In this document: positions 25,313 to 39,413 of the stretch, in pieces
Position numbering within the stretch: the stretch's first letter is position 1
Layout of the letters: every line of letters begins with the position of its first letter
DNA from: Adineta vaga
Taxonomy: Eukaryota; Animalia; Rotifera
Length of the DNA stretch: 64,000 bases
Direction: 5' to 3'
Assembly: GCA_021613535.1 (NCBI GenBank)
Contig: CP075494.1
Coordinates: 2,046,001 to 2,110,000 of the forward strand
Position numbers and translations under genes: made by a program
Notes under the pieces: generated by a model
Told to the model about the DNA's origin: nothing
Database searches by the model: none
The model's input: only the letters and a program-made list of their open reading frames with translations

Positions 25313-28300
25313 ATGTTGAACTTTCACATTTTCATCATTTTTCTTCTTTTTATTTTCAATAATGAAATAAAAGGTAAATCATTCGACTTTTCATTGATAA
25401 GATGAATAGCAAAGCTTTGTAAATCAAAGAAACTTATTGAAAAATTTATTTAAATATATATTCCTTTAGCTCTTTCATTTAATCAACCAAATTTATCTTC
25501 AGCAGCAACTTGGAATCGTAATGGAATTACTTTTGCGAATGAATCGATTGTTGGAGAATCTCCTAGAAGCATTTTTATTAATACAAACAATACAATCTAT
25601 ATCATTAATCAAAATAGGAAGAGGATTGTAATATGGTTTAATAATAGTCTCAAACCAACACATTTCTTTCCTGGCAACTTCTCAACTTCCTATTCTCTGT
25701 TTGTAACATCAGATGGTAATATTTATATTGATAATGGTTTTTTGCATAAAAAAGTCGAAAGATGGATATCAAAGAACATGACTTTTGATATTGTTATGAG
25801 TGTAAATTCATCTTGTTATGATCTCTTTGTCGATATTAATGATAATTTGTATTGTTCAATGCAGCGACAGAATAAAGTAGTAAGACGAGACTTGAAAAGT
25901 TCTTCACTGACACCAGTTATTATTGCTGGAACAGGTAATGTGGGATTTGCTTCCAATGAACTTGATAGTCCTCATGGAATTTTTGTTGATATTAATTTGG
26001 ATTTATATGTGGCAGATTGTGGGAATAATCGAATTCAGTTGTTTCAATCAGGAGAAATAAATGCTATTACAGTTGTAGGTACGGAATCACTGAAGGCAAC
26101 TATTTCACTTAAATCTCCTAGTGTAATTGTATTGGATGCTAAGCAATACTTATTTATTGTGGATTCTTGGGGTAATCGTATTGTTGGAGAAGGACCTTAT
26201 GGTTTTCGATGTTTAATTGGATGTTATGGAGCAGGTTCTCGATCTAATCAATTAAACAAACCAATTACTATGAGTTTCGATAGTTTTGGTAATATATTTG
26301 TTGTTGACAGTGAGAATCATCGCATTCAAAAATTTGAACTAATAAAAATCTCTCCTGGTGAGTAGGAAATCAATGTAGGATGTTTTTCTCTTACCCATAT
26401 ACACATTCTCAATTTTATTAAAAATATTTGTTTTTCATTAAATACTTTAGCTCTTTCGTTTAATCAAAAGCAATTTTGTCAAAGACCAATTTGGAATCCT
26501 AACGGAATAACTTTTGCTAATGAATCCATTGTTGGACCATATCCTGCCAGCATTTTTATCAACACTAATAATACTATCTATGCTGTTAATTTAGGAGAAC
26601 AGAATATTTTAGTATGGAATGCTAGTAGTCACGAACTAATAAACATTATTCCAGGAAATTTTTGGAATGTCATCTCTTCGTTTGTAACATTGAATGGTGA
26701 TATTTATATTTCTAGTGGTAATAGGAATAAAAAGGTGGAGAGATGGATATCAAAGAAAATGTTTTTTGAAACTGTTATGAATATAAATTCAACTTGTAAT
26801 GGTCTTTTTGTGGATATTATTGATAATTTATACTGTTCAATGGAGCGTCATCATCAAGTGATAAGAAAGGACTTAAAATACTCTTCATTGACACCAGCAG
26901 TCATTGTTGCTGGAACCGATACTAGTGGAAGTTTTTCCAAACAATTACACAACCCTCATGGAATTTTTGTTGATATTAATTTGGATTTATATGTGGCAGA
27001 TTGCGGAAATGATCGAATTCAGTTGTTTCAATCAGGAGAAAAAGAAGGAGTGACAGTTGCAGGTTCAGAATCACAAAAGGAAACTATTTCATTAAAATGT
27101 CCTACTGGAATTGTATTGGATACTCTAAAATATTTATTTATTGTCGATCAAAAGAACAGTCGTATTATTGGAGAAGGGCCTGATGGTTTTCGATGTTTAA
27201 TTGGATGTTATGGAGAAGGTTTTCAATCTAATCAATTGTATTGGCCAGTTATTATGAGTTTCGATAGTTTTGGAAATATGTTCGTCACTGATTATAAAAA
27301 TCATCGTATTCAAAAATTTCAATTCTTAGAAAATTCTTGTGGTGAGTTAATGAAAGATTTCGTTTCATTGAAAAGTACATGTAAAAATGAAATAAGATGC
27401 GTAGAAAAACTATAAGTTAAATAAAGAACGTTTTACAAAAAACTTAATGATATAATCTTTAGATTCTCCATTGAATCAACCAAAATTTTGTTTGAAACCA
27501 GTTTGGAATCGAAATGGTCTAACTTTTGCTAATCAACACATTCTTGGTTCTAATCCATCTACCATTTTTATCAATAGAAATAATTTCATTTATACAATTA
27601 ATCGAGAGAAAAAACAAATTTTAGTTTGGAATGAAAGTGACATAAATCCATCGTTGATCATTTCCACTGAGTTTTCTAATTCATCTTCTCTTTTCATTAT
27701 GTCAAATGGTGATATTTATATTGATAATGGAGTAGAAAGTCAAGTGAAAAAATGGATTATGAATACAAATATATTTGTTGATGCAATGAATGTCTTTTCA
27801 TCTTGTATCAGTTTATTTATCGATACAAACGATTATTTATATTGTTCAATGCTCAAACATCATCGAATTATAAAAGGAAATCTTCATGAGACTATCATGA
27901 TATGGACTACCGTGGCTGGAAACGGTATCAAAGGATCAGCAGCTAATCAATTTGATCATCCTCATGGGATTTTTGTTAATATAAAGTTCGTTACATATGT
28001 AGCAGATTGTGGAAATAATCGAATTCAACGATTTCCATCAGAAAAAATAGATGGTATTACAGAAGTTGGAAGTACAACATCGGCGCAACAAACATATTCA
28101 CTTTCATGTCCTACAGGAATTACATTAGATACTCAAGGGTTTTTATTTATTGTTGATTCAAATAATCATCGTATTATTCGATCAGGATCAAATGCTATTC
28201 ATTGTATCATAGGATGTGATGGAATCAATATCAAATCTAATCAATTATTATTTCCATCTAATCTTGCTTTTGATAGTTTTGGAAATATGTTTATTATGGA

Positions 28301-30476
28301 TTCAGGAAATAATCGAGTACAAAAATTTGAATATTCAAAAAATTCTTGTGGTAAGTTTTCATGAAAGTAAATAAATATTTTAAGTGATTAAGAAGAAAAA
28401 GTAATTTGATTCAAAGAAAGAGAAATCATGAGAAAACTTATTTAGATATTGAACAAGAATAGTAGAATTAAGATAGAAATTTCAGTTTGGTTCACATTAT
28501 ATCTGTATAGATATGTCATCAGTTATTCAATTGACAAATTCAATAGTATTGACTAGAACTAGTCAGATATATTGTCGAGAATGTATTCAATCTAGTCATT
28601 ATTATGAAACATTTCAAATAAAAGTATCTGAAAATCGTTTTTATAAAATATGGAGTAATGCCAAAATTGATACATATGGTTATATCTATGAAAATACTTT
28701 TGATTCACTTAATCCAAATGAAAATCTTCTTATCAAAAATGATGATGGAGAATCAAATAAACAATTTAAATTTGAACTTCCTCTTTATGATGATGTTATA
28801 TACGTATTAGTTGTTACAACATTTAATCCAATGGATATTGATAATATCACAATTTATATGTCAGGTTTAAACAATGTTATTTTTAACCGTTCGAGTAAGT
28901 AAAGATATTTTCATATTTTTAATAATTAAATGTTGTTGTTATTCTTATTATTAAATAGGTACTCCAATAAATATTCTTTTTAATTATTCATCTGAATTAA
29001 CAGCAAATAGTCCAATGTATTATCGAGATTGTCAAAGACCAAAATGTTATTATGAAATATTTGAAATCAATGTCAATACAAATGCATCATATATTATATG
29101 GAGTGAGAGTACAATTCATACATATGGTTATATCTATAAAGATAATTTTGATCCATTGAAACCATCAGATAATCAATTATTTGAACATAATGGAACGTGT
29201 AATCAACAACAATTGAAATTTATTATTAATCTACAAATGAACATTCGTTATATATTAGTTGTAACAACATTTGAATCTTATACAATTGGAAAATTTTCTC
29301 TTTTTATATCTGGATTAAATCATACAAATGTCACTATTAAACATTCCAGTGAGTAACTTTTTCGTCTTACTTTTTATCATTACAAACGTTGATTCTATTT
29401 TAGATTCAAATAGTAAATATTGTGTTATTGGTGATCAATGTAATCTTCATTATAAAAGTATTGGTTTAACATTAGATGATATTTTATATGAAGAACTTAA
29501 GAAGAATTCAACATTAAATCAACAAATTTTCTCGGTAAAATTCAGTGCTGGTTTAACAATTCTTATGTTTATTGGAGGATTAATAAATAGTTTTCTTTCT
29601 TTTATTACATTTCAAAATAAAGAAACACAACAAGTTGGATGTGGATTATATCTTCTTGCATCATCGATAACTTCTTTTCTAACAATTAGTATGTTTCTTA
29701 TTAAATTTTGGTTTGTTATATTGACTCAAATCAATGATTTTACAAATCTTTCTATTCATCAAAATGGTTGTAAATCAATTGAACCTATTTTGAAAATATT
29801 TCTTTATTTCGATGGTTGGTTAAATAGTTGTGTTGCTATTGAACGAGCATTTCATGTTTTCAAAGGAGTGAATTTTAATAAACAAAAAAGTAAAATTGTT
29901 GCAAAATGGATAATTCTAATTTTACCAATATGTATTATGTTGACTCTTATTCATGAAGTTATCTATCGAAATGTATTCTCATATCAAATTTCAAGAAATG
30001 AAACATTTACAAATGAAACTGAAATAATTAATACAAGACGATATGTATGGTGTGTAACTGGTTATTCTTTTACTATTCAAAACTATAATACAACTATTCT
30101 GTTTTTTCATCTTATTGGTCCATTTATTGCGAATCTTTTTTCCGCTTTATTTATTATTTTTGGAGTAGCTCGAAAACGATCTAAAGCACAAAAGAATCAA
30201 AGTTTAAAATTATATATTCGTGAACAATTCAATGAACATAAACAATTGATAATTAGTCCAATAGTTTTACTTGCATTATCAATACCACGTTTGATTATTT
30301 CATTACTTCCTGGTTGTGTAAATGCATCAGAAAATTTATGGTTATATCTTAGTGCTTATTTTATATCATTTATGCCATCAATACTTATCTTTATCATCTT
30401 TGTCGTTCCTTCGAATCTTTATATGAAAACATTTAAAGAATCGTTTAAGAAATGGCAACGTCGAACACATCAATAA
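25313..30476 (+). CDS. Giant receptor: signal peptide + 3 NHL propellers + 2 PPC-like beta-sandwich domains + class A-like 7TM, 1524 aa
   Basis: Exons 25313-25373, 25470-26357, 26451-27341, 27463-28350, 28511-28894, 28959-29348, 29404-30476 total 4575 nt in one frame, all introns phase 1. The 7TM has CVAIERA. Confidence 0.85.
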
Positions 30477-30478
30477 TA

Positions 30479-30535
30479 TTGAGGGTGTGGGTAATACTCT
30501 TTTCTTCATCCACAACCACCCTCACACACACCCAT
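30479..30535. repeat. Telomere-like hairpin element
   Basis: TTGAGGGTGTGGG...CCACCCTCA starts 2 bp after the TAA of the NHL-GPCR. Confidence 0.75.
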
Positions 30536-31117
30536 CTTCTTAAGCGAATATCCGTACGCGAAAGCTTCACACAAGCCAATTTTTATAGTAATAAATAGCT
30601 CCTTCATTTATCCTCCCAATTTGCTGCGTTACCCCCAAAACTTTTATTTTACATGTTTTTTTTCGACACTTTCCCTCACGCTCTCACTAGACATAAGTAA
30701 TAATGAAATTATTTATTTCATTGATTTAATAAAACCCAGTGCTTATCTAAGGGTACGTGAGTGTAAATAAAGATTTGAACCCGAACATCCACACCTCACC
30801 CATCACATATTTCGATTTAAATAATGAGAAAAGAAGTTTGTGGCATATCAATGTTATTTGTCAACTAAGATTATCATGAAAATCATATTTTTTTCTTAGT
30901 GATAAAAAAAATAAAAGTCAAATATGGTATTTTTTCATCCATCAAAGTTCTTGAAAGTATTAAAATTTCTTTCAGTTAGTTCATTTATTTGCTTTACGTA
31001 CTTTGTCTTTTCTCTATCATGCATATAAATATGATATTTGTTTATTTAATAACAGATTGATTGATGAGGAAAAAAAAGAGTTTAGAATTAGATAGAATAT
31101 TCATTTGAAAGAAAGTC

Positions 31118-34100
31118 ATGCAACTATTTTATCGATATTTTCTTATGATTTTCATAATTTGGTTAAATTTTTTCTATTTAAATGGAAAATATTATTATTT
31201 ATATGATAATGATTGTTTGGATTATAATGCAACAGATTACGAACTAGAGCCCGAACTAGTTACAAATGAACATCAAATAATATCATTTTGTCGAGTTGAT
31301 AATTTTGAATATGAGCAATATAATGAAATTGATAAAGATATTTCACAACTAACATTCTATGAACTATATATACAAAACATAACTAGTTTACAATTATACC
31401 AATGGTCAGTACATCTTGATTTAGTCGAAGAATATCAAGCTTTTCTTGAGAATAGACTTGATATTAATATTCTTACAGCAAATTTAACAATATATAATTG
31501 TTGGATTAAACAAAAATTTGGTCGATATTGTCAATATTCATTTGATTCTCAGGTAAGTTTAATTTTAGATTCTGATCGGAATAGATGAAGTCTCGCTTTT
31601 TCCATCTTGTTAAAACTATAATTTTTTATCGATTTTATAGAAACCATTTGCTACTATAGTAGATAACGCTCTCGAAAGAAGTGTTTCACTATCATTCAAT
31701 GGTACATGTTATATGCATTTGAATTGTAAACGTAACAATGTCACATGGTGCCTCGATTGGCGTGATGTATGTGATGGAAAAGTTGATTGTTGGCCTAATC
31801 ATGTCGATGAACAATTTTGTGAAAGTCTTGAACAAAATCAATGTGATTTAAATGAGTATCGATGTATGGATGGTCAGTGTATTCCTGACATTTTTTACTT
31901 AGATGGAAGTTTTGTTCCAGACTGTTTGGATGGATCCGATGAAGATATACGTGAAAAATATAAATATGCCTGTAGGAAAGGTGATAACCCGTCTTTTAAA
32001 TGTCATGATGTTAAATGTCGACATTGGATTCAATCCATGAGTTCCACAAGTTGTAGACCACTTGCTGAAATTGAAAGAAATTCTATTATCACGCGACAAA
32101 TGGATGAAGATCTGTTATTACCAGATGTCAATACTCATATAAATAAAGGATGTTGGACAACGATGATATGTCTTGTCCATGCACAAAAATCTTTTCTAGT
32201 AAGTAAGAATAAGATTCAATGACGAAATCAAGAAGAAAAGAATTTATTACGTATATTTCGCTTGACAATTCTGCAACAAGTGTTCAAGAGATATGATGAG
32301 AGTAATATACAAATATATTTCATTCTATATTTAGAATAATCCAACCTATGCACATTTATTCAATGGAAGTTGTAGAAATATTTGCTTTGAACCAGATATA
32401 CCTTGTACTAAAAGATTGATGGAATATTGTCCATCATTATTTGAATTTCCAGCATTATCAGTTGGTTGGAGTGATCTACACTTTATTTATGGATGGAATC
32501 GAACAAATACATCCTTAGGTTACCCAAATTATGTCTGTTATAATGAACGACGTTGTTCTATTTCTCAATTAAATATTTATTTCAAGAAAAAAAGTGAATC
32601 GTCGACAATTCTTTCTTGTGAATTTTTACATCTCGACTATATTAACATTGAATGGATAACAAAACTTCAATTCTATAGAAAACACATGCATCAACAATGT
32701 TCTTTAGCAACAGATATAAATGAAAACTATTGCTCTGAGCATACTCAATTTCGTTGTGCTAAGAAATGCATTTCAAAACATCGCATAGGAGATTTTTTTC
32801 AAGATTGTATTAATTTTATGGATGAAAACTTGTACAATGATACTTGTAGTTTAAATTTAAAACATCGTTTAGCATGTACATTTGATATTGCTGAAAATAA
32901 ACAAGTAAAATGTCTACGCATCATAAACGTACTTCCACAATCAAGAATGATTTGCACAGATGATTTAGAAATACCTCATTTTCCTACTTTATGCAATGGA
33001 TTAACTGAATTTGAAGAAAATATTGAAACAAATTGTGAAATGTGGCAATGTGATAATCAATATACAAGATGTGATGGTATTTGGAATTGTCCAAATGGTG
33101 AAGATGAAAACAATTGTTTTCATGAAATATGTAATGGATCAATAGGACAACCATGTTTATTATTATATACAGCTAAATATATATGTTTACCTATAGCTAA
33201 TATAAGTGATGGCATAGTAGATTGTATAGGAGCAACTGATGAACAGCAAGCATGTCGAAATATTGAGGAAAGAGTAGGCAAATATCGTTGTTTGACAAAT
33301 CGTACTGATAATAAACAATTTGCGAATGAGTAAGTCTTTTACGTATAATGTCTTTTTTTAACCTACCATTATCGAATTTGTTTATACTTTCAATAATTAT
33401 TATTATAGGACTCAACAATGTATCCATGTCGATGATACCTGTGTTGAAAAATCTATGTGTATCGTACCCGAATTGAAATGGTCTCCATTGTGTAAAGATG
33501 AAGACTTTTTTGTTACTTTATGTATTAGATTTTGGACTATGGATCGACGAATAACAGAACACAATATAATGTGTAGTTTAGATGAAAACTTATTTTTTCA
33601 TACTTATTGGAAATCTAAACGACCACAATTTTCAGTAAATAATTATAATATTATTTCCGCAGTTGGTAAATCACTCGTTGATAATTCAAAAGCATCGATT
33701 GTAACTAACAGGAAGAAATCTACTCCATTGATTCATTTCACTAAACAAGGTATAGTTTTAAACAATTTTCAATGTCATGGTGGTATACCAATTTATTCGG
33801 GAAAACATATTACATGTTTATGTCCATCTTTTCTCTATGGTTTACAATGTCAATATCAAAATCAACGTATTAGTATGACATTAGAAATTGGTGCACCTGA
33901 ATGGCGAATTCCATTTGTATTTGTTATTTATTTAATTGATGAAACATTGGAAATCGTTAATTCATATTATCAAATAAGATATTTATCAATTCGCGATTGT
34001 AATAGAAAATTTCATTTTCATTTACTTTATTCAACTAAACCAAAATATTTCGATCATAAATATTCAATTCGAATTGATGTTTTTGAAATGAATACACTTG

Positions 34101-36172
34101 TATATCGAGCAAGTTGGTTATATCCAATTTTATTTCCAATCTTACCTGTTTATCGTTTATCACTTCATCTGACTGTACCATTCGTAAGTTTGTCGTCATG
34201 TACACTTAAATGTCCAGTTGATCGAAGTCAATGTAGTTTATATAGAAATATTAATCAATTTGTCTGTCGATGTAAATCTGGTTGGACTGGTTCAATGTGT
34301 ACAATACCTTATAAATGTAATTGTTCTCCAGATTCTATTTGTGTTGGTACATGGATGAATAAATCTATTTGTGTATGTCCAACATATAAATTCGGTCGTC
34401 GTTGTTATCTGAAAAATAATCTATGTGAACGATCAAATGCAAGAAAATGTCGAAATCATGGACAATGTATTCCAGGTATTGTACAATTTCCTCGAAGTTT
34501 TCCAACAATTTGTTCATGTTTATATGGTTTTCATGGTGAATTATGTGAATTTAGAGATTCACAAATCGATATATCACTTCATATGTCAAATATACCAGAT
34601 TCATTATTAATACATTTTATAACAGTTAATTCTCATATGAATTCTTTACCATATGAACCTATACTTAAATATGGTCCACATGAACGTGCAACAACATTTA
34701 AAAGAATTACATTTGATAAAAATTCTGTTCGTATTTATTGGCAAAATCCATTTCATTTCATTTTTGTTCAATATAATTCACAAATCTTTTGGATTTTCAG
34801 TCAATTAAAATACAATCGATCATTACATTTAAAATTAACCCTTCAATCTTATTTTCGTTGTCCATCAATACAAGAAAATTTATTAAATCAAACAATTCTT
34901 AATTATCCTCGAAATCAACGAGTCAAATATTATCATATTCCTTGTCAAACTAATTTCAATTTAACTTGTTTTCATGATCAAGATCAATATATATGTTTAT
35001 GTACATTTGATCATCGAGCAAATTGTTTTACATTTGATCATCAAATCAAATATTCATGTCAACAATTATCTTATTGTGAAAATGGTGGTCAATGTTTTCA
35101 AAATAATCTCAAATGTCCATCATCCGCTGTATGTTCTTGTCCAAAATGTTATTTAGGTACACGTTGTCAATTATCAACTCGAGGTTTTAACCTTCCACTT
35201 GATGTTATTCTTGGTTATAGAATTCGATCAGGTCAATCATTTTCTCAACAACCAATATCTGTACAATTTAGTGGAATTATTACAATGTTTATGTTTTTAT
35301 TTGGTATTATTAATGGAATTCTTTCAATTCTAACATTTCAAGTAAAAGAACTTCAAAAAATTGGTTCAGTTATTTATTTATTTATTGCATCAATTATTTC
35401 AATTATTATTATTATTATTTTTACATTAAAATATTTATTATTTGTTTTAACACAAATATTAATGATATCAAATCGACAATTTTTATTTAGTCAATGTATA
35501 ACAATAGATTTACTTTTAAAAATTACCGTACAAATTGGTGATTGGTTATATGCATGTGTTGCAATTGAACGTCTTATAACAGTTATCAAAGAGATTAATT
35601 TTAATAAAAAATTTAGTAAAATTATAGCAAAATGGATTATTTTATTTGTTTGTTTAACTGTTATTATAAGTTCAATTCATGAATCATTCTATCGACGATT
35701 AATTGATGATGAAGATCAAGAACGAATATGGTGTATTTTAGACCAATCAAATGCTTTAAATTTATTTACATCAATTACAACTGTTTTTCATATTATTTGT
35801 CCATTTATAATTAATATTATTTCAGCATTAGGAATTGTTCTTATGAGAATAAAATCACGTTTAAATTTACGAAAAGATCAAAATATTTATGAACATATTC
35901 AAAATGAATTTCATAAAAATAAATATTTAATAATAAGTCCAATTGGATTAATTATATTAGTTTTACCTCGTATTATTCTTGCTTTTCAATTAGAATGTAT
36001 GAAACCAGCACGTGAATCAGTTACATTTTATTTAATTGGATATTTTATTTCATTTTTACCATCTTTATCTCTTTTTATTATTTTTATTCTACCTTCAAGA
36101 AAATATCGACAAGTATTCAAAAAATCTATTCAAAGTCGATGGAAGAAATTTTCTCAATGGATTCATTGTTAA
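31118..36172 (+). CDS. LDLa- and EGF-repeat 7TM receptor, about 1583 aa
   Basis: Exons 31118-31552, 31641-32198, 32335-33329, 33409-36172 (4752 nt). LDLa motifs (CDGKVDC...DE, DCLDGSDE, CDGIWNCPNGEDE), EGF motifs (CENGGQC...CSCPKCYLGTRC), 7TM with CVAIER. Confidence 0.9.
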
Positions 36173-36245
36173 TAAAAATCTCGAAGTTTTACATTGAAGC
36201 ATTTTTTTATTAATTAATTTTAAAAAAAGAAGATTTTAATGGAAT

Positions 36246-37530
36246 TTATGAATAATTTATCATTGTTTGGATGATCATGATTATGAAAAAGATGGAAAGA
36301 AGAGGATATTGTTGATTACTATCACTTTTCTTTGTATTCGCTATTTGTATAACAGCATCAGCAATTTTACACATATTTTTACCACGTGCAATTCGAAAAT
36401 ATCCCTTTTCTCCCCAATCTGTACCTATATTTACAAAGAAAAACTAATCAAATATATCCTTCATCAATACTCACCCCAATAATTTCTGCATAACCAATAA
36501 GGTTTTCCTTCTTCACTACCATATCCAATGATTTGTACCTAGAAAAGATTAAACAACTGTACCATCGAGCATTATTATTTATTCCTTACGACATCATCTA
36601 GAAAACCTTCAGAACATGATGGTTCATCATAAATACCTCCACTGTACGAAACAAAACCTTTCCCATGAACATTCATTTCTGCCCATAAAGTCGATTCTTG
36701 AATCCATTCTAACATTTGATTTTCATCAGGTTTTGCCATTCGTTTAATTGTATCAAACTATATAGTTACAAAAAATAAATCGAAATTTTCTTATAAATAT
36801 AAACCTACACTAGCATATGGTTTACATAAATTCGGTTCACATCGACCAAGTGCTTTTGGATAATCTATTTTTCGACAAATACCACTCATATTTTTTATAC
36901 AATCAAAAGTATCAATAGGTTGTCGACAACAATCATATACTTGTGATATACTACCAGCAATAAGTTTACCAGTTTCAATAGCATGAAGACTTTCAACAAC
37001 TTCTATATAAAAAAAATATATGATTATGTTAATATTTTTCTTTATTGATATTTACCAGTACCAACAACAGCAGTTACAATCTCTCCAACTTCATCGTGAT
37101 ACACTTCTGTAATTACACCTCTATTACGCCAATCAAGTGATTTAGGTAAATCTTTTACTTCTGTAGAAGTTTTAAATGATGATGCATAAGATTTTATCGA
37201 ACTTCTTCGTGAAGATACAAGTTCCTATAGAAATGAATGGCTCGTATATTAATATAGATATTAATAAATAGAACCTACTTGAATACGTCGATCAGATAAA
37301 TGATTAATTGCTATTGTATAAGTTGCATGTGGATAATTTTGTTGAAAAGAATGAATTTCATTAAGATTTTCGCTAAATATTTGTTTACGTTGAATTTCTT
37401 CCTCAATTGTTTTATATTGTTTATTATATTTTTGTTTAAATTCATTCCATTCAACCGATAAATCAGCAACAACTGTGCCAAATAATACGAAAATGACTGT
37501 AAATTTGAAAATGAAACGTTTACTCAACAT
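36246..37530 (-). CDS. Papain-family (C1A) cathepsin L-like pseudoprotease with I29 prodomain and hydrophobic C-tail
   Basis: Exons 37530-37279, 37224-37056, 37002-36809, 36757-36590, 36538-36475, 36424-36246. [43 protein letters not shown]. Catalytic Cys and His are absent. Confidence 0.9.
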
Positions 37531-38078
37531 TTTTATAAAATAATATGAAAATGTATATATGTTTCATGTTTGATAGATAAGAACTATAGATAAAGAATTA
37601 ATCATCGCCGCAACAGAATATGGATACAAGTAAGTTTAGGACAAAATATTTTATTTGATAATTTTTGTTGATTTCATTCAATAAAAAAAATCATTTGGTT
37701 CGATTATTCGATGATCTAACATAACCATATGAAGACTTTCAATAAATAAATGTGTTAAATTTGGTAAACAATAAATAATCAATGGTTGAATATGATTCAA
37801 AGATGCGTCATTAAAATGAATAGTATGAACACTAGATAAACTTACATTTTTATAATCTTCATCTTTTTGATTAGTCCATTCTGTTATATTGAAGATAATT
37901 GTAGTTGAATTTGGTATTTTTGTTTCAATTAATTTTATTAAATCAGACTTAATTTGATTAAAATGAGTAAAACCATAGAAGATAGATTTGATAATTCTTC
38001 ATTGTTTTTAATTGGATGAATTTTAGTTATAATTAATTCTAAATCTTTTAAATTAGGACAATATGGAGTAATATAATA

Positions 38079-38421
38079 CAGTAAAACCTCTCTATAGTGG
38101 ACACTCTCGGGACCATTCAAAAGTGTCCACTATATAGAGGTGAGATATTTTGCAGAACAGTTCTTTCAAACATAGAGTCGATATGTTTTGCAGATAACTA
38201 AGGGTTTCTAGTGAACAATACAAGATGCTACTGTGTATCGTTACTCCTTCTTGCATTCATATTTGCTCTCGATAATAGAATAGTTGTCAAAATATAGCCG
38301 AATTTTTCCTATGAGCACTAACAGACTTTCAAAAAATCTTTATCGTATATGATTATATTCAAATGTCCACTATACGGAGGTGCCCACTATATAGGAGTGT
38401 CCACTATGAGAGGTTCTACTG
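38079..38421. mobile_element. Tc1/mariner (pogo-type) MITE, 343 bp
   Basis: TIRs CAGTAAAACCTCTCTATAGTGGACACTC / GAGTGTCCACTATGAGAGGTTCTACTG, TA target duplications at 38077-38078 and 38422-38423, internal GT(C)CACTAT subrepeats. Confidence 0.9.
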
Positions 38422-38859
38422 TAGTTAAATAAATTATAATTATTTTCTCTAATATACAATTATCAATTCTATATTTCCTCTGTAAAAATAAAAATATAGA
38501 TTTAGATAGCATTTTTCTATATTCCAATATCAACTAAATTCCCTAACCGACTGCCACATATATTTACAACCATTGATGATCTTGATTGTGGTAAACAAAT
38601 AGTAGGAATAAAAACAGTTGTCACTATTTTGTGCATGTGCACGTTTAAAAACAGAGAGAGTGAGGGACGTTAATTCAAAAAGCACAAGCAAATCAACAAA
38701 ACTGATGAGGAAAGAAAGAACTTCAATGCAGCGTAGAAATGCAAGAAAATGGCCTTTAAATTATTTAAACCACTATTTACCACAAATAAGCAATGGCTAT
38801 AGACGTAGGGTATTTTAGACTAGGATTCGAGTTTTTTCTAAAAGGATTCGCCTATAGGT

Positions 38860-39080
38860 TAGACCAAACGCTGAAACTTCATACATCGATAGAGCTCGAG
38901 TTGCTCTATCGATTGAATAACTTCGATCCTATCTTTGAACGTACTATAGTGGTAAAAATCACTAAATAGTAAACCATTACTAATGAATTTACTATATCCA
39001 AAAAATATTGACTTAAAGATTAGATCAGTGTTGGACCAAGATAGAACTCGATGAGATCTATCGATTGAGTACCATGGATG
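38860..39080. repeat. Probable transposon remnant with two palindromic subrepeats
   Basis: ATCGATAGAGCTCGAGTTGCTCTATCGATTGA and GATAGAACTCGATGAGATCTATCGATTGA, about 155 bp apart. No termini identified. Confidence 0.45.
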
Positions 39081-39413
39081 TTATGTTGAAATTAATTATA
39101 ATCAACAAAGGCTGTTGTAAATGAATTTAAGACAGAATAATAGCAGGAAAAACGAAGTATATACGCTGCTTTTTTAAAAACGTTTCTATTTAGTGATAGT
39201 ACTACATAACAAAACATGAATATTGAATATTAACATTTATTAGAAAAAAATTAAGTACAGAAAAACTAGATGCATATAATTATACAGTAAAGATGTCATC
39301 TAGAACAGTGTTGAAGAGACGTACAGGCCTGCGTACTTCGTTTAGAAAATATCTCCATATATAAAAAAGTATAGAGCAGATAATAGTTACTTATAGAACT
39401 ATAATATATAATA

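Noticed and set aside
37800-38620. Gene interrupted by the MITE
   Set aside because: Removing the MITE does not restore a clean frame; at most an unidentifiable remnant.
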